Shown piece after piece: positions 1 to 9,291 of a DNA stretch of 64,000 bases (positions within the stretch are counted from its first letter, which is position 1; each line of letters starts with the position of its first letter). The position numbers and the translations under genes are program-made. The notes below the pieces were generated by a model. It was not told where the DNA came from and did no database searches. It saw only the letters and a program-made list of their open reading frames with translations. Source of the DNA: an uncultured Gemmatimonadota bacterium (GTDB taxonomy: Bacteria; Blakebacterota; Blakebacteria; Blakebacterales; CAYUVJ01); NCBI GenBank assembly GCA_964519015.1, contig CAZFHZ010000002.1, forward strand, positions 397 through 64,396. Reading direction: 5' to 3'.

Positions 1-804
1 GCTCACCTCCCACCGCCACGTCCCACCCCGCTCCGGGCACCAGCTCCAGGCCACCCGGAGGGAGTCGAACGGACCCAGCAGCGGCACCGGTTCGGGCGGG
101 CAGAGGACCACCGCTCCCCCGGGTCCTTCCCCCCGCAGGTGCGCCTCCAGACCCGACTGCAGCTGCCCCCCCTCCTCCCGCACGGTGGCGATGAGTCCGA
201 CCGTCGTCCCGGCGATCGGCGACGCCGGGGCCCCCAGCCACACCGTCCGGTCCCCCGGCTGCGGCGTCCAGGAATTGACCTCCCCGGGGGTGGAACCGGT
301 CGGGGCCCGGCTGGGCCGCCAGCTCCCCACCGCCGGCGAGGGAAGCCCGACCCGTTCCCAGGAGATCCCTTCCCCGGCCTCCACCGACCAGGCCACCGTG
401 TCCACCACGCCACCGGTCCGGTCGGTCAGGACCAGCCGGTCACCAGCGGCCCGCAGGCCGTTCCCGATCGAAGAGTCCTCGGGTCGCAGCAGCAGGGTCG
501 TGGCCGGAACGGGGATCCGGGATGGGTCGCTGTCGGGATCGAGCACCAGCGCCCGGCCACCCGGCTCCAGCCGGAGCAGGCCCGATCCCTCCCAGGCCTG
601 GAGCCGGTCGTCGGGATCGGTCCGGTCCCCGAGCGACCATCCGGCCAGTTCGACCGCCCGGTCGCCTTCGTTGAGGAGTTCCACCCATTCACCCGCCCCA
701 TCACCTTCCGGACCCGCCACATCGGAGAGTACCTCGACGATCCGGACGGGATCGGGGACAGGGGGGGACGAGAGAACGATCAGGATGACGACCAGCCAGG
801 GCAT
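1..804 (-). CDS. Secreted lamin-tail-domain (LTD) protein, partial (3' end runs off the window)
   Basis: Not in the ORF track. Manual translation from the ATG at 804 (alternative GTG at 810, GGAG upstream) gives MPWLVVILIVLSSPPVPDPVRIVEVLSDVAGPEGDGAGEWVELLNEGDRAVELAGWSLGD...RLVLTDRTGGVVDTVAW...SWER...STPGEVNS, open to position 1. The EWVEL.N...L.GW.L.D and TPG..NS motifs are typical of LTD. Confidence 0.75.
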   Translation of the reverse strand, partial: MPWLVVILIVLSSPPVPDPVRIVEVLSDVAGPEGDGAGEWVELLNEGDRAVELAGWSLGDRTDPDDRLQAWEGSGLLRLEPGGRALVLDPDSDPSRIPVPATTLLLRPEDSSIGNGLRAAGDRLVLTDRTGGVVDTVAWSVEAGEGISWERVGLPSPAVGSWRPSRAPTGSTPGEVNSWTPQPGDRTVWLGAPASPIAGTTVGLIATVREEGGQLQSGLEAHLRGEGPGGAVVLCPPEPVPLLGPFDSLRVAWSWCPERGGTWRWEVS

Positions 805-869
805 GGGCACGCTCCGTGCACAGGCCCGGGGGGAAGGGCGTCAGCGGGGGGTCGGTGCGGTCATCCGGC

Positions 870-1943
870 TCAGGCCGGTCCGCCCGGTGGTTCCTCGGGG
901 GGATGGGGGGGGGTGCTCTTCAGGCGCAACGTCGGATCGGCTTCGAGGGTCATCTCGTCCCGGATCCCGCGGGCCAGATGGAACGCGCCGGCGGCCGCGA
1001 TCATGGCGGCATTGTCCGTGCACAGACGCGGACTCGGGAAGGCCACCTCGAGATCGCGGGAACGGGCCAGTTCGGCCACCTCCCGGCGCAGCAGCCGGTT
1101 GTTGGCGACCCCGCCGGCCACCCCGATACGGGGCGCCCCGGTGGTCGCCAGGGCCGCTTCGATCCCGGCCCGCAGGGCATCCACGACCGCCCGGCGGAAG
1201 GCCGCCGCCACCGGACCGCGGGCTGACTCCCGCTCCGCCTCGGTCAGCCGCTGCCAGTGCTGGAGGACGGCGGTCTTCACCCCGCTGAAGGAAAAGTTGT
1301 GCCCCGGCCGACCGAGCCGGGCCACCGGGAACCGCAGCTCGCCCGCAGCGGAGTTTTCGGCCAGTCGGTCGAGGGCGGGACCGGAGGGATAGGGAAGACC
1401 TAGCAGTACCCCGACTTTATCGAAGGCCTCGCCCGCAGCATCGTCCACAGTGGCGCCCAGCCGTTGGTAGACGCCGGGTTCCTCCACCATGTGGAGTTCC
1501 GTATGGCCGCCTGAGACGATCAGGATCAAGAAAGGGGCGGACCAGTTCGGGTCCTCCAGCATCAGGCTGAAGATATGCCCCTCGAGATGATTGACCCCGA
1601 CCAGCGGCAGACCACTCCCCAGGGCGAGCCCCTTGGCCAGCGAGAGCCCGACCAGGAGCGCTCCGATCAGACCCGGCCCGCGCGTGACGGCGATCCCGTC
1701 GAGGTCGCCCCAGTCCACCCCGGCCGTGGTCATGGCCTGGCGCACGGCCGGCAGGGCGGTCCGGAGGTGTTCCCGGGAGGCGAGCTCGGGGACGACCCCT
1801 CCCCAGGCCGCATGGAGGTCCTGGCTCACCACCACGTTGGAGAGGATGCGCCTCCACCCACACACCACCGCGGCCGAGGTCTCGTCGCACGAGGTCTCGA
1901 TCCCGAGCACCAGGGGGCGTTCCAGCTGGTTCGTCTCGGCCAT
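870..1943 (-). CDS. tsaD: tRNA N6-adenosine threonylcarbamoyltransferase TsaD
   Basis: Motifs LGIETSCDETS, VNHLEGH, DDAAGEAFDK, FSFSGVKT, CTDNAAMIA; 357 aa. Confidence 0.97.
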   Translation of the reverse strand: MAETNQLERPLVLGIETSCDETSAAVVCGWRRILSNVVVSQDLHAAWGGVVPELASREHLRTALPAVRQAMTTAGVDWGDLDGIAVTRGPGLIGALLVGLSLAKGLALGSGLPLVGVNHLEGHIFSLMLEDPNWSAPFLILIVSGGHTELHMVEEPGVYQRLGATVDDAAGEAFDKVGVLLGLPYPSGPALDRLAENSAAGELRFPVARLGRPGHNFSFSGVKTAVLQHWQRLTEAERESARGPVAAAFRRAVVDALRAGIEAALATTGAPRIGVAGGVANNRLLRREVAELARSRDLEVAFPSPRLCTDNAAMIAAAGAFHLARGIRDEMTLEADPTLRLKSTPPHPPEEPPGGPA

Positions 1944-1960
1944 GGTTCTCCGCGCCTGCC

Positions 1961-2887
1961 TCAGTACTCGGTGACCCGGAAGGTCGGGGGTTCCACCTTC
2001 AGGAGGGTAATTCCGGTGGGGAGTTCCACCCGGGGGACGAGGGGGGTCAGACCGTCGGCCGCCTCCGAGCGCACATCGATGAAGAGCCGGACCTGGTCCT
2101 CGGTCAGCGCCTCGATGAGATGGATGCCCCCGCTGACGGTGACCCGGGCGGTGCGGGGCTGGGCAAGGTAACGGTTGCGTCCTCCCGTACCCAGCAGCCG
2201 GACCGGGATCTCGGCGAAACTCTGTTCGACGATCGGCTGGACGTCCTGGATGATGCGCACGCTGCGCGGCTCGAGCGTCACGTTGTAGATGTCGGGGACC
2301 TGGAGGGGGACCTCCTGCTCCACCGGAGTGCGCACCCGGTCGAGCCGTAAGGTGTCGGTCCAGACCACTCCGAGGTGTCCGATCCGGGAGCGCGGACCGG
2401 AGACGGCGACCGATCCGGGGCGTGCAGCGGTGGGGCCGACCCGGGTGTACCCGGCCGTGGTGCCCAGTTCGAGCACCGGTCCCACCGGCAGCACGACCGT
2501 ACCCGCCCGATCGAGTTCCACGGTGATCTCCTGGGGAGCGATGATCTCGACCGCTTCCAGTTCACGTCCTTCGGGGTAACGCACCTGGGAGAGGTCGAGG
2601 GAGAGCGTCCGGCGTGTCCGCACCCCGCTCACATCCACCACCACCGCCTTGTGGCGCCAAGTCAACAGTAGCAACTGCTTACCGTTGCCACGGAAACGGA
2701 CCTTCACCTGGGCCGGGACCGGGTCCACGACCACCTGGTCTTCGGGGAGGCCGGAGAGGGTCAGGGGTACCGCCATCACGCGCTCGTAGCCGTCGCGCTC
2801 GGTCGCCAGATGGAACCAGAGCAGCAGAGCCGAGATGATCGCTACCGCGCGCAACCCAAGGTCGCGGGTGATTCGGCTGCGGGCCAT
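1961..2887 (-). CDS. YbbR/CdaR-like domain protein
   Basis: N-terminal TM anchor (AIISALLLWFHL) followed by repeated beta-rich YbbR-like units (P..V.V..RG, P..V.VSGP.S, VELPTGITLLKVEP). Confidence 0.75.
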   Translation of the reverse strand: MARSRITRDLGLRAVAIISALLLWFHLATERDGYERVMAVPLTLSGLPEDQVVVDPVPAQVKVRFRGNGKQLLLLTWRHKAVVVDVSGVRTRRTLSLDLSQVRYPEGRELEAVEIIAPQEITVELDRAGTVVLPVGPVLELGTTAGYTRVGPTAARPGSVAVSGPRSRIGHLGVVWTDTLRLDRVRTPVEQEVPLQVPDIYNVTLEPRSVRIIQDVQPIVEQSFAEIPVRLLGTGGRNRYLAQPRTARVTVSGGIHLIEALTEDQVRLFIDVRSEAADGLTPLVPRVELPTGITLLKVEPPTFRVTEY

Positions 2888-2906
2888 GCCAGGGTTCTCG
2901 GGGGGA

Positions 2907-3104
2907 CTACTTCTTCACCTGGGAACGGGCGATGCCCTCACCCATGCTCAGTTCCCCGTTGTCGATCCGGATGTGGAACTGGCATTCGGGATTCGTGCAG
3001 ACCCAGGCCTTGTATGGGATGCTCGCCCCCTCCCGACCGTAGTCGGAGAGCGGGATCAGAGTGCCTTCACCACACTTCAGGCACTCGGGCAACTGGAGTT
3101 CCAT
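2907..3104 (-). CDS. Small (65 aa) putative Zn-ribbon protein
   Basis: CLKC ... CTNPEC cysteine pairs; GGAGGTG RBS upstream; sigma70-like promoter upstream. Confidence 0.75.
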   Translation of the reverse strand: MELQLPECLKCGEGTLIPLSDYGREGASIPYKAWVCTNPECQFHIRIDNGELSMGEGIARSQVKK

Positions 3105-3141
3105 CCGGGGTGCTCACCTCCCATCCTCGCATTCCTCCGCA

Positions 3142-3168
3142 CCGGGGCATCCCGGCGGGATGCTCCGG
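3142..3168 (-). other. Stem-loop at the 5' end of the leader of the Zn-ribbon/ybbR/tsaD transcript
   Basis: CCGGAGCATCCC-GCC-GGGATGCCCCGG on the minus strand (11/12 pairs), immediately downstream of the predicted -10. Confidence 0.45.
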
Positions 3169-3173
3169 GAAGG

Positions 3174-3203
3174 AGTATAGGAAGGCGTGCGCGAGGGGGT
3201 CAA
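3174..3203 (-). promoter_or_regulatory. Sigma70-type promoter for the Zn-ribbon-ybbR-tsaD-LTD operon
   Basis: TTGACC-N18-TATACT on the minus strand. Confidence 0.6.
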
Positions 3204-3215
3204 CCGGCATGCCCC

Positions 3216-3243
3216 TTGAGCCGGGAAGGCGGGTGGGTATAAC
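3216..3243 (+). promoter_or_regulatory. Sigma70-type promoter for cstA
   Basis: TTGAGC-N16-TATAAC, back-to-back with the minus-strand promoter. Confidence 0.45.
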
Positions 3244-3292
3244 GTTCGCCCCGATCCTCTCTGCAGCCAAGTGTCCGGAGGTGATGAGACCG

Positions 3293-5029
3293 ATGCTGGC
3301 TCTCGTGCTCTTCAGCGCCCTGCTGCTGTTCATCATCGCCTATCGCTGGTACGGCGGTTTCGTGGCCACCCGACTCGGTCTGGACGACCGACGGTCGGTC
3401 CCCAGTGAGTACCTCTACGACGGCACCGACTACGTACCGACGAAGACTCCCGTGCTCTTCGGCCATCACTTCAGTTCGATCGCCGGTGCGGGACCGATCG
3501 TGGGACCGATCCTGGCCGGGCTCTTCTTCGGCTGGCTTCCCACGGTAATCTGGATCGTACTCGGATCGATCTTCATCGGGGGCGTGCACGACTTCGGTTC
3601 CATGGTCGCTTCGATCCGCCACAAGGCCCGATCGGTGGCCGAACTGGCCCGGGACTACATGTCGCCGCTGGCCTTTCGGCTCTTTCTGGCCTTCATCTGG
3701 CTGACCATGGTCTACGTCATCGTAGTGTTCGTCGACCTGACCGCGGTCAGTTTCGTCGACGTACACGACGCCGCCGGCCTGGAGACCGCCCAGGGGAGCG
3801 GGGTGGCCACCGCCGCCGGGATCTTCATGCTGCTGGCGGTCGGGCTCGGCCTGGTCAACAACCACACCCGGCTCCCGGTCTGGGCCGCCACCTTGATCTT
3901 CGTCCCCCTGTTGCTGGTGACGGTCGGCCTGTGCAGCCGCATCCACTCCGACGGGAGCTACATACCCGCCTTCTTCGCCCAGCCGAAACACTTCTGGATC
4001 ACCCTGCTGCTCATCTACTGCCTGATCGCCAGCGTCACCCCGGTCTGGATCCTCCTCCAGTCACGCGACTATCTCTCCAGTTTTCTGCTCTACCTGCTGG
4101 TGCTGGGCGGCGCTCTGGGGATCGCGGCCGGGTCTCTGACGGGCGGACTGGCGGTGACCTGGCCCGCCCTGGTCGACCCGGCCGACCCGGTCTTCCGCGA
4201 GGTGGCGCGCCTGGGGCCGCTCTTCCCGATTCTCTTCATCACGGTGGCCTGCGGGGCCTGCAGCGGTTTCCACTCCATCGTGGCCTCCGGCACCACCGCC
4301 AAGCAGATCCGCTGCGAGACCGATACCCGTCGCATCGGGTACGGCGGCATGCTGGTGGAAGGCGTGGTGGCCGTCATCTCGCTGGCCACCGTGATGGTCC
4401 TCGGTTTCGGGATCGAAGCCCTGCGCGGCGACCCGGTCGGTCTTTTCTCGGCCGGGATCGGGCGTTTCCTGACCGCCCTGGGGATCCCCCTCCATTTCGG
4501 CACCATGCTCGGCCTGCTGGCTCTCTCCACCTTCCTGTTGACCACCCTCGACACCTGCACCCGTCTGGGCCGCTACGTCCTGCAGGAGTTCTTCGGCTGG
4601 GACAACCGGGCGGCGCGCAACCGCTGGATCGCCACCCTGATCACCCTGACCCTGCCGGCCGGGCTGGCCTTCCTCTCCTACACCACGCCCGACGGCCGCC
4701 TCATCCCGGTCTGGCGGGCCATCTGGCCGGTCTTCGGGGCGACCAACCAGCTCCTGGCCGGCCTGGCCCTGCTGGCGGTTACGGTCTGGCTGAAGCGGAC
4801 CGGGCGGAGCTGGATCTACGTGGGTCTGCCCATGCTGTTCATGGTGACGATGACCCTATCGGCCACCCTGCTACTGGTCGTCGACGGAACCACCGCCCCA
4901 CCGGTGCGCACCATCGCTTGTCTCCTCCTGGGTCTGGGGATCACCCTGGTGGTCGAGGCGGTCCGCGCGCTGCGAGGCCCCCAATTGCTCCCCGAGCCGG
5001 TCATCCTGAAGACGGTCGAGCAGGCCTGA
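3293..5029 (+). CDS. cstA: Carbon starvation protein A (peptide/pyruvate transporter family)
   Basis: Motifs DGTDYVPT, LFGHHFSSIAGAGPIVGP, GGVHDFG, ACGACSGFHS, GYGGMLVEG, LDTCTRLGRY, WPVFGATNQLLA. Start taken at ATG 3293 (alternative 3284) after GGAGG; the longer ORF-track start overlaps other genes. Confidence 0.92.
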   Translation: MLALVLFSALLLFIIAYRWYGGFVATRLGLDDRRSVPSEYLYDGTDYVPTKTPVLFGHHFSSIAGAGPIVGPILAGLFFGWLPTVIWIVLGSIFIGGVHDFGSMVASIRHKARSVAELARDYMSPLAFRLFLAFIWLTMVYVIVVFVDLTAVSFVDVHDAAGLETAQGSGVATAAGIFMLLAVGLGLVNNHTRLPVWAATLIFVPLLLVTVGLCSRIHSDGSYIPAFFAQPKHFWITLLLIYCLIASVTPVWILLQSRDYLSSFLLYLLVLGGALGIAAGSLTGGLAVTWPALVDPADPVFREVARLGPLFPILFITVACGACSGFHSIVASGTTAKQIRCETDTRRIGYGGMLVEGVVAVISLATVMVLGFGIEALRGDPVGLFSAGIGRFLTALGIPLHFGTMLGLLALSTFLLTTLDTCTRLGRYVLQEFFGWDNRAARNRWIATLITLTLPAGLAFLSYTTPDGRLIPVWRAIWPVFGATNQLLAGLALLAVTVWLKRTGRSWIYVGLPMLFMVTMTLSATLLLVVDGTTAPPVRTIACLLLGLGITLVVEAVRALRGPQLLPEPVILKTVEQA

Positions 5030-5220
5030 CCGGCTCCCTCCCGCCTCGGAACCGCTCGTGTCAATCTGGCATGGGTGTCCTCCGGAGGATCCGCTGTCCC
5101 GCCCTGGGCACAAGCGTTCGTGGCCCCGATCGAAGGAACGTCCTCGACCTGCTACGGCTACATCTTGCGGGCACCGAGACCGCTCTCCCCAAAGCCTGGT
5201 GTAAGGATTTCAGCTGGAGC

Positions 5221-5297
5221 GTCTTACATTTACCATATTCGTAAGACTTCATATTATCTCGTAAGAAATCACTCCGTTTGTCGGTCCCTGGTCTTAC
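5221..5297 (+). promoter_or_regulatory. Promoter and putative autoregulatory operator of the toxin-antitoxin operon
   Basis: TTTACC(5229)-N17-TATTAT(5252), overlapped by the inverted repeat GTCTTAC-N13-GTAAGAC (5221-5247); further half-sites GTAAGAA at 5261 and GTCTTAC at 5291; locally AT-rich. Confidence 0.6.
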
Positions 5298-5347
5298 TTT
5301 GGCCTAGAAAGAGTCCATCACGACCATTCGGGAATCGAGGTGGGAGG

Positions 5348-5578
5348 ATGCCGATCGTCCGGGCTTCTTCCAAAGGTCAGATCGTCATTCCGGCACGCCT
5401 GCGTCGGAAATATCAGATCGACAAGGGCACCCGAGTGAACATTATCGACGGCGATGGAGAACTCATCCTGCGCCCGGTCCTCAAAGACCCGGTCCTGGAG
5501 GCCAAGGGCCTCTTCCGGGGCGGCATCTCCTCGCTGCAGGAGCTGCTGCGTGAACGGCGGGAGGGAGGTAGCGTATGA
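5348..5578 (+). CDS. AbrB/MazE/SpoVT-family antitoxin
   Basis: MPIVRASSKGQIVIPARLRRKYQIDKGTRV...LILRPV is a swapped-hairpin AbrB signature; GGGAGG RBS; ATGA overlap with the PIN gene. Confidence 0.9.
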   Translation: MPIVRASSKGQIVIPARLRRKYQIDKGTRVNIIDGDGELILRPVLKDPVLEAKGLFRGGISSLQELLRERREGGSV

Positions 5579-6003
5579 GCGCTCCGACCGGGACCACCCC
5601 TTTGCGCAGTCTGGTCATGGACAGCCATGCCCTGCTGGTCTACCTGGAGGGGGAGAGTGGGGCCGAGTTCGTGGCCAATGCCCTGGGCATGGCCGAACAG
5701 GGGAGCCTGAACTGCTTTATGGCGATCGTGAACTGGGGGGAGGTCTACTTCAGTCTGCTGCGGGCCAAGGGGGAGGAGCGGGCCCACGAGGCGACCACCG
5801 TGCTCGACCAGCTCCCCATAGAGATCGTCAACATGGACATGAACCTGATCCAGCGGGCCAGCCGGTTCCGGGAGCAGTTCCGGACCCCCAACGGCCTCTG
5901 CTTCGCCGCCAGCCTGGCCGAGACCCACCACTGTCCGGTCCTGACCGGAGACCCGCTCTTCCGCAAACTGTCCGAAGAGGTCCAGATCCTGTGGCTGAAG
6001 TGA
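5575..6003 (+). CDS. PIN-domain (VapC-like) toxin
   Basis: VMDSHALL, VNWGEVY, FAASLA, VLTGDPLF; paired with the upstream AbrB antitoxin. Confidence 0.88.
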   Translation: MSAPTGTTPLRSLVMDSHALLVYLEGESGAEFVANALGMAEQGSLNCFMAIVNWGEVYFSLLRAKGEERAHEATTVLDQLPIEIVNMDMNLIQRASRFREQFRTPNGLCFAASLAETHHCPVLTGDPLFRKLSEEVQILWLK

Positions 6004-6650
6004 CCCTGCTCGCCCTGGGGGACATCCACGGCCGGATCGGCTGGACCCCGGCCCTGGAGTCGGCCGCCGCCTCCGCCGCCGCGATCGTGATCACCGGCGA
6101 CCTGACCCAGTTCGGCGGTCCCCGGGACGCCGACCGCATCCTGGAGGAGCTGTCCGTGTTCCCCGGCCCGACCTACGCCATCGCCGGCAACTGCGACTCG
6201 CCCGGGATCGAAGCCCACCTGGCGCAACGGGGTGTCTCACTCCATGGACAGGGCCGGATGATCGGTGACCGGATCGGCCTGTGTGGTGTGTCGGGCAGCA
6301 ACGTAACGCCGTTCGGAACCCCCCTGGAATACTCGGACGCCGAGCTGGAGGCCGCGCTCCACCGCGGCTGGGGCATGATCCGGACCGCCCCGCTGCGGAT
6401 CGTGGTCCACCATGCACCCCCCTGGGGTACGAGTGTGGACCTGACCGGTGACGGCCGTCATGTGGGTGTTAAGGGACTGCGGACCTTCTGCGAACAGGAG
6501 GGGCCTGAGCTGGTCCTATGCGGCCATATCCATGAGGCCCGGGGGATCGACCGTATCGGCGAGACCCTGGTGGTCAACGGCGGGATGGCCGCCCGCGGCC
6601 ACGGTGTGCACGTGCGGGTCTCCGATCAATGGTCGGTCGAGCTGATCTGA
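6000..6650 (+). CDS. Calcineurin-like metallophosphoesterase
   Basis: GTG start overlapping the PIN stop (GTGA); motifs GDIHG, ITGDL, AGNCD, HHAPP, CGHIHE. Confidence 0.9.
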   Translation: MTLLALGDIHGRIGWTPALESAAASAAAIVITGDLTQFGGPRDADRILEELSVFPGPTYAIAGNCDSPGIEAHLAQRGVSLHGQGRMIGDRIGLCGVSGSNVTPFGTPLEYSDAELEAALHRGWGMIRTAPLRIVVHHAPPWGTSVDLTGDGRHVGVKGLRTFCEQEGPELVLCGHIHEARGIDRIGETLVVNGGMAARGHGVHVRVSDQWSVELI

Positions 6651-6678
6651 AAAACGAACGCCCCCTGTGCGGGGGTGT
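6650..6678 (-). terminator. Rho-independent terminator of the dnaK/dksA-like transcript (possibly bidirectional)
   Basis: Minus strand: ACACCCCC-GCACA-GGGGGCGT followed by TCGTTTTT. Confidence 0.6.
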
Positions 6679-6705
6679 CGGGGTACAGGTCCTGGGTCCC
6701 GGGGG

Positions 6706-7173
6706 CTATTCCTCGTCCGCCCCGATGGTCAGGTCCTCCCGGTCACTTTCCTCCTCACCGGGTAGACTGGTGCGCTGGACGCGCTCCTGCCGGCGGTGCC
6801 GTCCCACGATCCCCTCCTCCTCTTCCTGGCGCTTGCAGTCCAAACAGAGGATCGCGGTGGGGATTGCTTCGAGCCGCTCCCGGTTGATCGGCTTGCGACA
6901 GCGCTCGCACAGCCCGTAGGTGCCATCGAGCACCTTCTCGAGCGCGTGGTTGATCTCTTCCAGACCGCGCGTCTGCTGCTCGATCAGTTTGGAGAGGTAC
7001 TCCTTGTCATCCGACAGGGTGACCTCTTCCTCGTACTCCGCTGCCCGGGTGTCCTTGATCTCATCCAGTGTCCCTTGGTGCCGGCCGAGCACGTCCAGTT
7101 TGCGCCGGCGCTCCTCCAGGATCAGCCGGATGAACCTCTCCCGGTCCTTCTTCTTCATTGCGGGCCTGGCCAC
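6706..7173 (-). CDS. TraR/DksA C4-type zinc-finger protein
   Basis: Coiled coil followed by GTYGLCERCRKPINRERLEAIPTAILCLDC; GAGGAGG RBS before the GTG. Confidence 0.9.
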   Translation of the reverse strand: MARPAMKKKDRERFIRLILEERRRKLDVLGRHQGTLDEIKDTRAAEYEEEVTLSDDKEYLSKLIEQQTRGLEEINHALEKVLDGTYGLCERCRKPINRERLEAIPTAILCLDCKRQEEEEGIVGRHRRQERVQRTSLPGEEESDREDLTIGADEE

Positions 7174-7315
7174 GTACGCCTCCTCGAAGCCTCAGATGCA
7201 CCGACAGCGCTGGGAGTCGGCCGGTTCCCGCCCCGCGGGAGACGGGAACCCGTGAAAATGGCCCGTAAATGTATGCGATTCCCCGGCCCGTTCCAACCGA
7301 ATCCGGAGGGTCCGG

Positions 7316-9238
7316 TTACTTCTTCTCCTGCTCGTCGTCCATGACCTCGTATTCGGCTTCTACGGCCCCTTCCCCCCGCCCCTGGTCCGCCTCGCCGGAT
7401 TCAGCCTGGGCATCGCCTGAAGCCTGTTGTCCGGCCGAGGTCTGGGTATAGAGTTCCTGGGCCGCCTGGTACCAGGCTTTCTCCAGCCGTTCGGTCCGTT
7501 CGCGGAGACGGTTGGGGTCCTCTCCCTTGAGCGCCTCCTTGAGGTCGGCCAGGGCCCGCTCCACCTCGGAGCGGGAAGCCTCGGTCAGTTTCTCCTTCTG
7601 CTCCTCGAGCTGCTTCTCGGTCTGGTAGACCAGCTGCTCCGCGCGGTTGCGCGTCTCCGCGCGTTCCCGCCGTTCGTGGTCCTCGGACGCGTGCGATTCG
7701 GCGTCCTTGACCATCCGGTCGATCTCATCGCGGGAGAGACCGCTGGAAGCCTCGATCCGGATGCTCTGCTCCTTACCGGTCGCCTTGTCCTTGGCCGAGA
7801 CGTGAAGGATCCCGTTGGCATCGATGTCGAAGGTGACCTCGATCTGCGGGATGCCCCGCATCGCCGGCGGGATACCGGTCAGCTGGAAACGCCCGATCGT
7901 CTTGTTGTCGATGGCCATGTCGCGCTCCCCCTGGAGCACGTGGATATCCACCGTGGTCTGACCGTCCGAGGCGGTACTGAAGATCTCCGACTTGCGGGTC
8001 GGGATGGTCGTGTTGCGCTCGATCAGCCGGGTGAAGATGCTGCCCAGGGTCTCGATCCCCAGCGAGAGCGGGGTCACATCGAGCAGCAGCACATCGGTCA
8101 CTTCACCTCCGAGCACCCCCCCCTGGATGGCGGCGCCCACCGCGACCACCTCGTCCGGGTTGACTCCCTTGTGGGGTTCCTTCCCGTCGAAGAGCCGGCG
8201 CACCGTTTCCTGGACCTTGGGGATGCGGATGGAACCGCCGACCAGGATCACTTCATCAATCTGACCCGGCTTCAAGCCGGCATCCCCGAGGGCCTGTCGG
8301 ACCGGTCCCACGGTACGCTCGATCAGGTCGTCCACCAGCGCCTCGAACTTCGCCCGGCTCAGCTTCAGGTTGAGGTGTTTCGGCCCGTTCTGATCGGCGG
8401 TGATGAAGGGGAGGTTGATCTCGGTCTCCATGGTGGTGGAGAGCTCACACTTCGCCTTCTCAGAGGCCTCTTTGAGGCGCTGGAGCGCCATCGGGTCTCG
8501 CCGCAGGTCGATCCCCTCGGCCTTTTTGAACTCATCGGCCAGCCAGTCCATGACGCGCTGGTCGAAGTCATCCCCCCCCAGGTGGGTGTCCCCGTTGGTG
8601 GACTTGACCTCGAAGACGCCGTCCCCCAGTTCCAGGATGGAGATGTCGAAGGTGCCTCCCCCCAGGTCGTAGACGGCGATTTTTTCGTCCTTCTTCTTGT
8701 CCAGACCGTAGGCCAGGGCCGCTGCGGTCGGCTCGTTGATGATGCGCTTTACCTTCAGACCGGCGATCTCGCCCGCATCCTTGGTGGCCTGGCGCTGACT
8801 GTCGTTGAAGTAGGCGGGGACCGTGATGACCGCCTCGGCCACTTTCTCGCCCAGGTAGTCCTCGGCCGTCTGCTTCATCTTCTGCAGGATCATGGCCGAG
8901 ATCTCGGGCGGGCTGAAGTCGCGGCCGCCGGCCTTCACCCGTACATCGCCCGAGGGCCCGCGGTTCACATCGTAGGGGACCTCGTCGCGCTCCACGACGA
9001 CCTCCTCATAGCCGCGCCCCATGAAGCGCTTGATGCTCATGACCGTGTTGGCGGGGTTGGTGATGGCCTGGCGCTTGGCCACCTGACCCACCAACCGTTC
9101 GCCGCTCTTGGAGAAAGCCACCACGCTCGGGGTGGTCCGTCCCCCCTCGGCGTTCGTGATGACCTTGGGCTCACCCGCTTCCATGATGGCGACCACCGAG
9201 TTGGTGGTGCCCAGGTCGATACCGATGATCTTCCCCAT
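7316..9238 (-). CDS. dnaK: Molecular chaperone DnaK (Hsp70)
   Basis: [64 protein letters not shown]; 640 aa. Confidence 0.99.
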   Translation of the reverse strand: MGKIIGIDLGTTNSVVAIMEAGEPKVITNAEGGRTTPSVVAFSKSGERLVGQVAKRQAITNPANTVMSIKRFMGRGYEEVVVERDEVPYDVNRGPSGDVRVKAGGRDFSPPEISAMILQKMKQTAEDYLGEKVAEAVITVPAYFNDSQRQATKDAGEIAGLKVKRIINEPTAAALAYGLDKKKDEKIAVYDLGGGTFDISILELGDGVFEVKSTNGDTHLGGDDFDQRVMDWLADEFKKAEGIDLRRDPMALQRLKEASEKAKCELSTTMETEINLPFITADQNGPKHLNLKLSRAKFEALVDDLIERTVGPVRQALGDAGLKPGQIDEVILVGGSIRIPKVQETVRRLFDGKEPHKGVNPDEVVAVGAAIQGGVLGGEVTDVLLLDVTPLSLGIETLGSIFTRLIERNTTIPTRKSEIFSTASDGQTTVDIHVLQGERDMAIDNKTIGRFQLTGIPPAMRGIPQIEVTFDIDANGILHVSAKDKATGKEQSIRIEASSGLSRDEIDRMVKDAESHASEDHERRERAETRNRAEQLVYQTEKQLEEQKEKLTEASRSEVERALADLKEALKGEDPNRLRERTERLEKAWYQAAQELYTQTSAGQQASGDAQAESGEADQGRGEGAVEAEYEVMDDEQEKK

Positions 9239-9291
9239 TCCAGGTCCCCTTCCCGTCGCTATCCGACGTTCGACCGGTCAGTCCGGCCGGG

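Noticed and set aside
139-1392. Long + strand ORFs (417 aa, 367 aa) and many similar antisense ORFs across the window, e.g. 7427-9439, 14967-16763, 26050-28362 upstream part
   Set aside because: Shadow frames of well-supported genes in high-GC DNA: Arg/Gly/Pro-rich, no motifs, no RBS.
2810-3283. N-terminal extension of the 739-aa cstA ORF
   Set aside because: It overlaps the Zn-ribbon gene and both promoters; the RBS and family N-terminus indicate a start at 3284/3293.
5454-5999. Apparent 398-aa fusion upstream of the metallophosphoesterase
   Set aside because: The upstream part is an alternative frame of the PIN gene; the phosphoesterase starts at GTG 6000.
7223-7250. GGTTCCCG...CGGGAACC hairpin as a terminator between dnaK and the dksA-like gene
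   Set aside because: No U-tract on the coding strand; may be only a stabilising stem-loop.
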